A stretch of 64,000 nt of DNA from NCBI GenBank assembly GCA_951406725.2, contig OX597821.1, positions 49,662,001 to 49,726,000 on the forward strand. The letters run 5' to 3'. Of this stretch, positions 11,515 to 22,069 are shown in pieces. How positions within the stretch are numbered: position 1 is the first letter of the stretch; every line of letters starts with the position of its first letter. A program made the translations under genes and the position numbers. The notes under the pieces were generated by a model. The model searched no databases. It saw nothing but the letters and a program-made list of their open reading frames with translations, and was not told the DNA's origin. The DNA comes from Octopus vulgaris. Taxonomy: Eukaryota.

Positions 11515-11746
11515 AGGCGGCGAGCTGGCAGAATCGTTAGCACGCTGGATGAAATGCTTAGCGGTATTTCGTCTGCCGTTACGTTCTGAGTTCAAAATCT
11601 GCTGAGGTCGACTTTGCCTTTCATCCTTTCGGAGTCGATAAATTAAGTACCAGTTACGCACTGGGGTCAATATACTCGACTTAATCTGTTTGTCTGTCCT
11701 TGTTTGTTCCCTCTGTGTTTAGCCCCCTGTGGGCAATAAAGAAATA
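11515..11746 (+). mobile_element. SINE family B with TSD
   Basis: Matches 6311-6530; flanked by the 14-bp duplication AATATAAGCATTCA (11501-11514 and 11747-11760). Confidence 0.9.
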
Positions 11747-12916
11747 AATATAAGCATTCAAGTCTTTCTATTAAAAATAATCCTGTCAATACATTACATT
11801 TGTTCAAACTAGGAAACTAAAACAACTCTTTTATTGTTGTTTCTTTTTATCTGAGATTTTATGGTTTGTTTATTTATTTTGTAATGTAGTCAATGATTCA
11901 ACAATATTTTAATAAAATGTGATGTTTTATCCTGGGATTTGTTTGAATCATTCAGCTTTAAGTCATTGTTCCCAATGAGATGATTTACTATGTACTGGGA
12001 GTGAGACAGAGTGAATTAGGGATGGGGTAGCCAGCAACTGCCATTTCTATAAAGTAATATCTATTTCATAGCCAACTTATTTTTTAACCCATGTATGTTA
12101 ATCATTTCTGGTTTATACTCAAGAGGAGGAAATTAGTTGACATCATCAATCCCACTTCTTGGACTGGTATTTTATTGAAAGGATAAAGAGCAAAGTTGAC
12201 TTTTGTGGAATTTGAACAGAAATGAAGAACAAAGCATTTTTTCTATGGTCTAGTGATTCTGCCAGTTCATTACTTTCCTTAGTTTATTAACAAAATTAGC
12301 TTCTGTCTAAAGATGTTTTTTTTTTTCTACCTCAGTTTCCCTATATTCTTTCATGTTACATATATTTTTGTTTCAATTGTTTTGTTATATATATATATAT
12401 ATCTCCCTTCAAATGAATAGGTTGGTTGTTGTAGTTTTATATAATTTTATCGTTTCTTTATAATATGATTCCTTCATGACTTGAGGGCTAAACTGAATAT
12501 TAATTTATCAGTGTAGTGTAATCTTCAACTTAGGACATAAGCAAAATGGGTTATAGAAAAACCTTGTAAATCATCATCAATGTTTTAGTGCCCATTCCGC
12601 AAGCTGGTAAAGGTTGGACATGCATGGCTTGCATGATATCATTACATTTTTTCAATCTCTTGTCATCTTTATGGAGGTGACACTCAGAATCCTTTGTTCA
12701 GATCTATTAACTCTTTAAAAATATTCTTTATAATGGGGGAAAATTGAATAAAGTTGGTTTACTCTTAAGTTATTCTCTTACCATTTTATATATAGAATAA
12801 ACAATTTTATATGTGCAGTAGTTATAGGTTGAACTAGGTAATGACATCTGGAAGATTTTAAAATATTCCTCTTGAGACAAAAATATCAGAAAGACTTAAT
12901 AAATAATTCTTTCTAT

Positions 12917-13075
12917 TATAGGTACAAGGCCTGAAATTTTGGGGGAGGGGTCCCAGTTGATTGGATCAATCCCCAGTACGCAACTGGTACTTTATTTATC
13001 GATCCTGAAAGATGAAAGGCAAAGTCAACCTTGGCAGAATTTGAACTCGGGACGTAAAAGAAAGACTTAATAAAT
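12917..13075 (-). mobile_element. SINE family B variant, partial
   Basis: Reverse complement of GAGTTCAAATTCTGCCAAGGTTGACTTTGCCTTTCATC...AGTACCAGT. Confidence 0.75.
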
Positions 13076-15526
13076 AATGCCTTAACCAAGACAAAACAAG
13101 TCCCAATTCTTGACAATCCTTTCATAATGAAGAGGAAGACAGAAATATTCAATTCATGTAGAGAAAGATTTTGTAGATAGCAGATGTGCAAGAGTATAGT
13201 GGAAACAGATTCACTCATGCCTAGGAAGATCTCTAGAACTAAATGATAGGCGACTTAATCTGCAGTGATACAAGATGTTCTGAAAGTATAGTTGCTTTGG
13301 TAAGAACAGGCAGGAGAAAGTTCAGAAAGCTTTTACCTCTGGTAATAAAAAAAATCGAACTATGTTACTTATATATGAACAACAATACTACATGGTAGTG
13401 AGATGTAGGCCTTAAATGCAGAAACAAACCAAGTATGCTCTGCTGGATTTGCAACATCATTGTGCTTATATGACAAAGTACAAATATGTTGAAAGAAAAA
13501 CTGGGCATAAGTGGAATCAGATATAGTGAGGCCATCAGGAGACTGAAAATGTTCTAACCACAAGTTTAGACCCCAAAACTGGCCAAAAATTATTCTCCCT
13601 TTATTTGTTTGAACTGGCTAAATCCGGCCATATCTGATTCCTTTATGAAATCGCTAAAAAAATAATCATATCACATTATTGAATTCTCATAGCTTTGAGA
13701 TAATGCAAGATAAGGCTCTTCCTGCCTTTATTCAAATAAAAATAGGGAAATTTTTGAGACTTGCTGGCCTTTTCAGCATTTGAAGAGAAGTGTATATCTT
13801 AGTTTTTAACGATATGGTATCCACTAGTAGTATTCCAACTTTGAAGGTTTTACGAATCATATTGACATTTATGAATCTGTGTTGCCGAGGAAGATTTTGA
13901 TTATAAAATGATATTGCAAACATTACAACATGGTTGAAGATTACGACATCAACCATAATTTTCAATTTCACAGAAAAGACTAGTCCACAATACAGTCTAC
14001 CTCCCAATACCAGTCTACCTCCCATTGGACTATTTATTTTTATTTTTACTGCAAAGTTTTTTTTTTTTTTTTGAAACTATCACGGAGGAAACAAATATGC
14101 TCAATTCATAATTTCAATTTGTGGACAACCCAATCCACTATGGCAGCCAACTGGTACTGCCATAGTGAGCTTTTTTTACTATAAACATTGTTTGGTATCA
14201 AGCAGTTTCTTCAACTGTGGAACTGCTGGAGTCCTGATATATAAGTTATGTTGATCCATATATCTCCAGCATTATGTCTAACTATAGTTAATTCATATAT
14301 TATTTATGTAAAAAGCCACAAGGTACCTCTGCGACCATTTGAAATTTTAGGTTGACATTACGTCTCAGTTACATGAGGGCTGTTCTTCCAGAAAGCACAG
14401 AACTGGGAGAAAAGTAAAATTAACTGAGGTGGATGTCAACAGAAAATATTGACTTCCATAAGGTGTAAAAAATAATTGGAAGGAAAAAAAGATTGCAGAC
14501 TGTGTTCACAGCAGAAAAACTGCGAGAGGATATCAGGTCGAAACATCATATATGTGTTGATTTTGCAAAGTACCTTTGTGTAAAGGATGCTTTGAACAGT
14601 TTCACGATAGAAATATGGCATAACTATATTTTGTTGTTTGATAGTAATACTATTCCTTTCATTTTATTACAAATAATATGTGAAAGTAAGAAATACGTAT
14701 TAATTTTCAGTATATTACACATCTGTATTTACCTTTGCCTCACCTGTTAATATGCTTTTTTTTTATTAGATGCAATCTGTTATGTAAATGTATTCATTAA
14801 ATTGAAAGAGTACACAGCCAGTGGTATATTGACCAGTAAAAGAGTTTTGTACTTTATTTTCAATGAAAATATTTGAATGAAATATAGAGAAAGAATAAAA
14901 TCTTGTACTGATTATACCTGTATTTTAATTAATTCAAATGAATGTACCTCATCTTAAAAAGTGGCAAAATTTTTGTCATTTGCTATCTGGAATAATTTTA
15001 GTAACAAATCAAACAGTGCATTTAGAATTTCAATTTTAGTGTTTATCCATAACGTTATTGCTTTTACACCTGTTAATTGAATTTACCTGCCCATAAATGT
15101 CAAATTCAATCAGCAAGATCAGCTAAAATTACATAACTATAATTCACTGGCAAAAATTCAAATCTGTATATAAAAAATTAACAAAATTACAAGTAAATAT
15201 TGTTGACACCCCTCTTGAACCTGAATAATTCCAAATAATGTGAACAAATAAGCATTACATTTGACAGGTTAATCTGTATACTAAAGGGTTAAAGTGAGCA
15301 CTTTATCATCTGTTCATCTGCATTGCACAAGGGGCTCTGAATTTTGTGCCAAGAGTTATACACTACCTTCAATGCCTCATAAAATCTTCTGTAGTAACCA
15401 ATAAAGTTAGTCCACAACATTTTCTAAATCTTTCAAAACCTCTGCTGTACATAAGGCAGAAGACTGCTTTCTTAAAAGTGGATCCGGTGGGATGGTTTCT
15501 TAATTAACAAGATTTGGATTTCTTGG

Positions 15527-15639
15527 TTATTTCATCGAACCAGTCTTTTGGTAACAGAAGACTGAAGCATGGTGAATTTTAGATGTTCCTGAAGCACTTT
15601 TGAAGAAGGGTCCCAGGAAGTCAGGACCCTCAGTCTTGT
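15527..15639 (-). CDS. Possible alternative terminal exon of the ANK-RING-DEATH gene
   Basis: TTTTTAG acceptor at 15641-15640; in phase with the T|GTAAGT donor at 17944/17943, giving YKTEGPDFLGPFFKSASGTSKIHHASVFCYQKTGSMK*. No homology support. Confidence 0.3.
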
Positions 15640-15946
15640 CTAAAAATTGACTATTATCATCATCATTTAGCATATGGCTTTCATGCTAGCATAGGTTGAA
15701 CTGTTTGACAAGATACAATGAACCAGAAGACTGTTGAGCTCTAATGTCTAGGTGAAGGCATGGTAAGAGATGGAGGAATAGGTCAGGAAACAGGAAAGGA
15801 ATTATTGGCAGGGGTTGAGAAAAAGGAGGGGATAGTATTGAAAGGTAATAGGGTCGGTTGAGCAACCAACACTATAAGGGGCAAGTATAGGTAGAAGGTT
15901 TGAGGGAACAGAGCAATAAATTGGTGTGGAAAGGAGTCGTGAGAGT

Positions 15947-16280
15947 CTGGACTGCCATGTTAGCTTGGTGATAACTATCAATATCCAGTACTAGTGGATG
16001 TATTCCACTGAATTTAGGTAAATAATCCCTCGAACAGACAGTCAGCAGCGATGCCTGCTGGGTTTGGCTACTCTACATTGATAAGGGGCAACTACCCCGA
16101 AACTAGTCTGTAGATGCCAAACCAGCAAGTGGAAGCTGCTGACCTCCCCTTTTTGAAGGTTATAATGGACACAGGTCTGCGTGTCACATAGCTAGCTAGA
16201 GGCGATAGCCTCTTGGAGCTAATCAACGGCAGCATTCGTCCTATTTTCCTGGACTGCCATGTTAGCTTGGAGATAACTAT
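15947..16280 (+). mobile_element. Terminally redundant 302-bp unit carrying a hammerhead ribozyme (retrozyme or Penelope-pLTR-like)
   Basis: 32-bp direct repeat CTGGACTGCCATGTTAGCTTGG(T/A)GATAACTAT at 15947-15978 and 16249-16280, with a hammerhead motif in between. Confidence 0.6.
16056..16127 (+). ncRNA. Type-I hammerhead ribozyme with U3-A8 core variant
   Basis: UCUACA-UUGAUAA-GGGG-CAACUA-CCCC-GAAA-C-UA-G-UC|UGUAGA. Stem I is extended by GGUUUGGC/GCCAAACC and UGCUG/CAGCA. Predicted cleavage after 16108. Confidence 0.7.
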
Positions 16281-16659
16281 AATATTGTTGATATAGCTGT
16301 TGTTCTAATCATTCTGGTCACTGCTAACTGGAGGAGAGGGGAGCGCCTCTCGCCTCCTCTCCCTCTCTCTGCCATTTTCATTCAATTTCTCCACAATGCC
16401 TACTATCATCAATTGTATTCCCCCAAAACAATATTATCTTCTCGATCTCTTTTTCACTATAATGTCCACTGTTTTTGTTTGCATTATATTTACAAAGCCT
16501 AGTTTATCAAGACATCTGAATAGATATAAAATGTTCTTAACTGAAATGCATACACCTTATTTTGAAATGACTGGAGGGAGGTAACTGTTGAGTTGTTACT
16601 GATACGGTTCATCAAACAGTGAACTTACAGAAATCTACATAAAGAGCAAGGAAAGGAGT

Positions 16660-16960
16660 GGGAAGGAAGAATAGACCCTAAAGTACATTTAAAAGTAATG
16701 TTATTAGGTAAGAGAAAGGGAGAGACTAAGCCTTAAGGTACATCATATAAAAGAAGTGTTAGATAGATAAATTGAGAAAGAGAAGGGTGAGATAAATTAG
16801 GCCCTAAGGTACTTCATACAACAGAATTGTTATAGGAGAAAGAATGGGTGAAGGGAGAGAAACTTGGTCCTAAGATACATCATATACATGTTCCAAGGAG
16901 AGAGAAAGAGAAAATGGGTAGAGACTAGACCCTAAGGTGCATCATACAAGAGAAACGTTA
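16660..16960. repeat. Degenerate minisatellite, about 60-65 bp unit
   Basis: Five recurrences of (AG)CCCTAAGGTACATCATA-like motifs separated by purine-rich spacers. Confidence 0.6.
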
Positions 16961-17932
16961 TAACAAACATATCAAGAGAATTGATATAGATATAAAATGG
17001 CTATTGTACCCTTATCAATAATGAAGGGAGTATATATGTAACACAAAAACTATTAAAACTCTCTATATAACAATAGAAGTGTAATGGTAGGATATGTTTC
17101 TTATGCTTAGGTCGTCAGATGCAACATACAAGTGTGTGAGGTCACCAAATCTAATAGTAGAGATGTGCTGGGTTACCAAATGTAATGTATGGTTGTGTTT
17201 GTCATGTTGGAGTTATGAATTGCAATGCACAGATGAAATGTACTTCATATAGAAATACTGATTCTTTTTCGCAATTGGGGTTGCTAAATGTAGATAGCTG
17301 AAAGTAGGATGAGGCAGTGTAATAACAACATTGAAAGAAAAGAATGATATTTACAGGTTTATTGGCTGACAGTGGTAAGTATCACAGACATAGCAGTAGT
17401 TGTATTGATGACAATGGTATAATGTGTTGCTCGTGCACTCTTAGTGTGTGTTGGAAGCTGTGTGTGTAAGCCAAGTTATGGTCTGCTAACAAAGATTAAA
17501 AACTGCGTTGTCCCTTTCCATTCAGCAAATGCTCTTGGTCAGACGACTGAAAAGTGGGGGGATAGACATGCTCTCAGTTAGCTGGTTGAAAACCAAAGAG
17601 GTTGAAGCAAACCTTTCAATTGGTTATATAAGGTTCAGACAGTAGGCCAAACCTAAAATAATGGGTTGATCTCTGCAGGGGCCAGGTGTTTCTCATTTAT
17701 TTCCCAACATAGAGATAAAAGACAAAGGATCAGACATTCGTCCGACAAGCAACAGATGTGTGGATTGGGTTTCGAATCTTGACTAAACAGAGGAAAGCGA
17801 TCTCCTACAGAAGTGTTAGGAAAGGTACTTATATCATCATTACACTGCAGGATATAAGTGTTTATTTTTATTTTAAAAGTTTATCTTTCTCCCTCACACT
17901 CCTCCATTCTAAGTTAAAATACACACTCATAA

Positions 17933-18153
17933 TCAGCACTTACATTGAAATTCCCGATTTTCCTGAAGGTAATCAAGTGCATAAAAACATTCAGCTTCCT
18001 CAAGAGCTTTTCTTAGGAGGTTAACTGTGCATTCCCCAGTTGCACTACGGTTTAACCATTTGTATAACATTTGGAAACTCTGATCTACAGTTTTAAGTGG
18101 ATGATCACACATGATAATTTCCAGTTCAACAACTTTAATTCCTAAGAAGATAC
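17933..18153 (-). CDS. ANK-RING-DEATH gene, exon 10 (death domain C-terminal part, stop)
   Basis: TTTTTTGTAG acceptor, phase 1; GIFLGIKVVELEIIMCDHPLKTVDQSFQMLYKWLNR...TVNLLRKALEEAEC fits the death-fold pattern (LG, QML..W, L..AL); TGA at 17935-17933. Confidence 0.8.
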
Positions 18154-18239
18154 CTACAAAAAATACAATAATATGAATTACTATAGCAGTAACAACAACA
18201 TTAATAACATAAAATATGCCTACACTGCTCAATATACAA

Positions 18240-18680
18240 TTAACCACCACATGTCAGCGAAGTGTAGTCCTCACCTAGACTGGACAGTGGAAAGACTACA
18301 ACATATCTTGTTTACAACACTGCACCACATAAATTAACCACTGCATGTCAGTAAAGTGTAGTAGTTCTCAACTAGATGGAAACTGAACAATGGAGAGACA
18401 TGGTGTGTCTAGACAGTAATGTTGCACCACACTCACAGTTAACCAGTGCATGTCATTTAAGTATGATCTTCAACTAGACCGGATAATTGGGAGACAACAA
18501 CATATGTAGACTGCAACATTACACCATTTACAAATAACCACGACTTGTCAGTGAAGTGTCATCCTCACCTAGATGGAAACTGGACAATGGAGATATAGCA
18601 ACATGTCAAAACTACAACATTGCACCACAAGCATGTCAGTGAAAGTATAGTCCTTAACCAGATGGATAGTCAGGTGACAG
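18240..18680. repeat. Intronic minisatellite, about 90-bp unit, 5 copies
   Basis: Repeats of TAACCAC..CATGTCAG.GAAGTGT..TCCTCA.CTAGA...TGGACA.TGG...TGCACCAC. Confidence 0.75.
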
Positions 18681-19064
18681 TGACTTTGATCATACATGTC
18701 ATTGATCTTTGATTTCTATCCAAAATTTGACCATACATGTCATAGTGATAATTGAGAGGGGTTGACTGACAGTATCAAGTTCTAATTAGCTAGACAGGCA
18801 TATTTAGAAAAGAATATCTCTGAAAGCATATAATACTATCAAAACAAGGTTAAATTCCACCATCCTCCAACCTCTATCAGTAAATGCAATAAAAAAAGAA
18901 ACACAAACAAAACCATTGCCCCTACAGAATGAGATATTTTTGTTTCTTACTCCAAGAAACAATATTTAATTTATTGTGCCATTTGTCCTTACCACTATGT
19001 TAAATTTGGTAAATGTTTAATCAAATATGAGTAATATACACAGATTTTCAGATAAATTTTCAGT

Positions 19065-19319
19065 TAAAAGGCACCTGTGTTGGTGGCACGTAAAAAGCAC
19101 CATCCGAGCGTGGCTGTTCGCCAGCCTCGTCTGGCACCTGTGTCGGTGGCACATAAAAAGCACCCACTACACTCATGGAGCGTTAGGAAGGGCATCCAGC
19201 TGTAGAAACACCGCCAGATATGACTGGCCTGGTGCAGCCTTCGGGCTTCCCAGACCCCAGTTGAACCGTCCAACCCATGCTAGCATGGAAAGCAGACGTT
19301 AAACGATGATGATGATGAT
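19065..19319 (+). mobile_element. SINE family C
   Basis: Same core and (GAT)n tail as 10329-10859. Confidence 0.8.
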
Positions 19320-19357
19320 TTATAGAAATCAATTTGGTAAAGTTATTTTATACGCAC

Positions 19358-19429
19358 CTGCTTGCCACCATTTACTTCCCAACAGATAACTAATCTTCAT
19401 GAGGTCTTGTTCTTCAAGTTTTTGACACT
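19358..19429 (-). CDS. ANK-RING-DEATH gene, exon 9 (death domain N-terminal helices)
   Basis: TTTGTTTTCAG acceptor, G|GTGCGT donor, phase 1-1, 72 nt; ECQKLEEQDLMKISYLLGSKWWQAG matches the L..I...LG..W pattern. Confidence 0.8.
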
Positions 19430-19502
19430 CTGAAAACAAAATAAGTTCATATTTTACCCTTTATAGTAAAGCTTTTCTATTTATATAATCTATATTTTAT
19501 TG

Positions 19503-19703
19503 AAGCCGGCAAGCTGGCAGAAATGTTAGCATGCCGGGTGTAATGCTTAGCGGTATTTCGTCTGTTTTTACATTCTGAGTCCAAATTCCGCTGAGGTTGA
19601 CTTTGCCTTTCATCCTTTCTGGGTCAATAAATTTGTGTACTGGTGTCGATCTAATTGACTAGCCCACTCCCCAAAAATTTTGTGCCTAGATTAGAAAAGA
19701 AAA
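19503..19703 (+). mobile_element. SINE family B with TSD
   Basis: Family B sequence flanked by the duplication AATC(T/C)ATATTTTATTG. Confidence 0.8.
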
Positions 19704-20148
19704 GAATCCATATTTTATTGTTGTATGATGTTCTTATTATCAAATCAACTGGTTTTGGTCAACATTTTTATACTTTCTATACTGGTACCAAGTAATAGCT
19801 GAATATTTAGGATCAAAACAAAATACACTTGCCCTTCTAAATGTCTGCTGTGAATTAAGATGCCTACATAATTTAACAATGATGCAATTATCTCATTTAA
19901 CTATTTGCCAATTAGACATTAGTTTTCTTTCTTTGCCTTTCGTTTCTGTTATCTGTGCTAAATCTACAACATAATAGTGTTCTCTCACCTCTGTCTTTCA
20001 CTATAATCATCTTCTGAATTCCAAAGCAAGGTACACTCCGAGTGCACAAGACTAAGAAAGTTATTGAATTATACCTACTTAATTGGGGCCTGTAGGCAGC
20101 ACAATACCACATTTCTTGATATATTGCAATACTATATGTATACATATG

Positions 20149-20220
<72 letters not shown>

Positions 20221-20649
20221 CAGACATATATAGATTCACCAGATCACCAGATGAGATCCAGAGATTATAAATATAGAAAGCACTTAGTAGTGCTCAAATG
20301 ATTTGAACCTACACTCTGATCTCTTTATGAGGGACCAAGTCTGTTGGGGTAAAGAGTGACTATAAGATGAATCTAGGTGAGCAGATATGGAGACAATGAT
20401 GCAAATAAAGAAATAAAACTGCTCGGGTCTGATATACAAAATATATGTACGTATATACAAGTAAATAGAGAGAAAACAAAGACTGAAAATCTTCAGACAA
20501 TGAATATTCAAGTAGATATGTATATGTTAACAGAGCAAATTTACACAGAGTAGAAACAACAAAGAAAATTAAAGGGGTATGGTGTTACAAGTCTGACAGC
20601 CACCTTTCTCTTTCCAAGTTAAATCCTTACCTAAACTTTTCTTTAAAAT

Positions 20650-21090
20650 TGTAAACTCTAATTTCCCAACTCAGCATAAATGATCCCTCTTGTGCCCATC
20701 TTTTCTCTCAAGACGCTAACACTGCCATACATGCACACTGACATTGCACATCCAGCAAAGCATACTAGCTTAATTTCTTTCATGCCTATGCATGTCCTCA
20801 GTGGTTACAGCCCATGTTTTATTGCCATGTAGCATGGTTGTTCACACACAGGCATCATACAGTCCGTCTTTCCTTCTGAGGGAGAGACTCTTTGTTACTA
20901 ACAGAGGTAGGAACTCTCTGAACTTTGCCTAGCCTATTTTCATTCTCACAGCTATGCTCTTGGAGCATCTACCTCCACTACTGTCTTGGTCACCTAGCTA
21001 ATGGAAGTTATCAACTACTTCTAGATTTCTCCCCTAGCTTTGGAGGGAGTCTATTTTCTGAACATTTTTAGTGATTATTGTACTTGTGCA
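20650..21090 (-). mobile_element. RTE LINE RT C-terminal fragment
   Basis: Minus-strand remnants LEVVDNFH.LGD and LVTKSLSLRRKDGLYDACV. Confidence 0.6.
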
Positions 21091-21213
21091 CATTCCACAC
21101 ACAAAAACTATTTTCCCTGTTAACCTTCCCCTGATATTGTTGCACCTCTTATGTGTTCATAGCTTACACTGGGTATGTCTTCTTCCTATGCCTTTTCTAC
21201 AGATTGAGCAGGG

Positions 21214-21590
21214 CCGTGTAGAAGAAGCTTGCTTCCCAATCACATGGTTCCAGGTTCAGTCCCACTGCATGGCACCTTGGGCAAATGTCTTCTACTAAAG
21301 CCTCAGGCCAACCAAAGCTTTGAGTGGATTTGGTAGATGGAAACTGAAAGAAGTCCATTGTATATATGTGTGTGCATGTATCTGTGCTTGTCTCCTTGCC
21401 ACCACTTGGCAACTGTTGCTGATGTGTTTATGTTCCTATAACTTAGCGTTTGGCAAAAGAGACCGATAGAATAAGTACTGGGCTTTCAAAGAATAATTCC
21501 TGGGATTGATTTCTTCAGTTAAACCCCTTTAAGGCAGTGTTCCAGCATGGCTGCAGTCAAATGACTGAAACAAGTAAAAGAATAAAGAAT
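21214..21590 (+). mobile_element. SINE family A, diverged
   Basis: Colinear with 61-440. Confidence 0.8.
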
Positions 21591-22069
21591 ATTTCCTTTT
21601 CTTCTTTTTATATAATATTGGAGATGCTATCTTGAAATGAGACAGTCAGGATACAAATCTCAATTATAAACAACATTTCATACCAAACTACTGCAACCAT
21701 TTGAGCTCTTCATCAGCAATAAATTAGCAACCATTGTAAAATATCGTAACCATTAACAACCATATCGTAAAATTAGCAACGATTGTAAAATATCGTAATT
21801 ATCCATGTCGTTTTTTTTTACCTATTACTAATATTCACATCCACATCCAAATCCAAACCCCTAATTCAATAATTCATGATATATTTTACCAATTACAAAC
21901 ATTCACAGTCAAACTCAAAATGGTAATTATGTCAGCCATCTTTTACCAGTTACCATTATTCATAGCCACACATAAAGCTGTAATTATCTATACCACCTTT
22001 TACCAATTATTTACATTCACAGCAACACCATAACTATATTCCCAGTAATTGATATCTTTCTGTTACATC

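Noticed and set aside
18240-18680. Regularly spaced repeats resembling a CRISPR array (also 61780-62130)
   Set aside because: Whole units are homologous with no unique spacers, the context is eukaryotic, and there are no cas genes; these are minisatellites.
20075-20089. Possible micro-exon (CCTACAG|GCCCCAATTAAGTAG|GTATAA, minus strand) between the RING and death-domain exons
   Set aside because: It introduces a TAA stop in the required phase, and the flanking exons already join in frame.
21665-21720. Minus-strand CUGAUGA...GAAA hammerhead-like motif
   Set aside because: No convincing stem II, stem III or stem I pairing; at best a decayed remnant.
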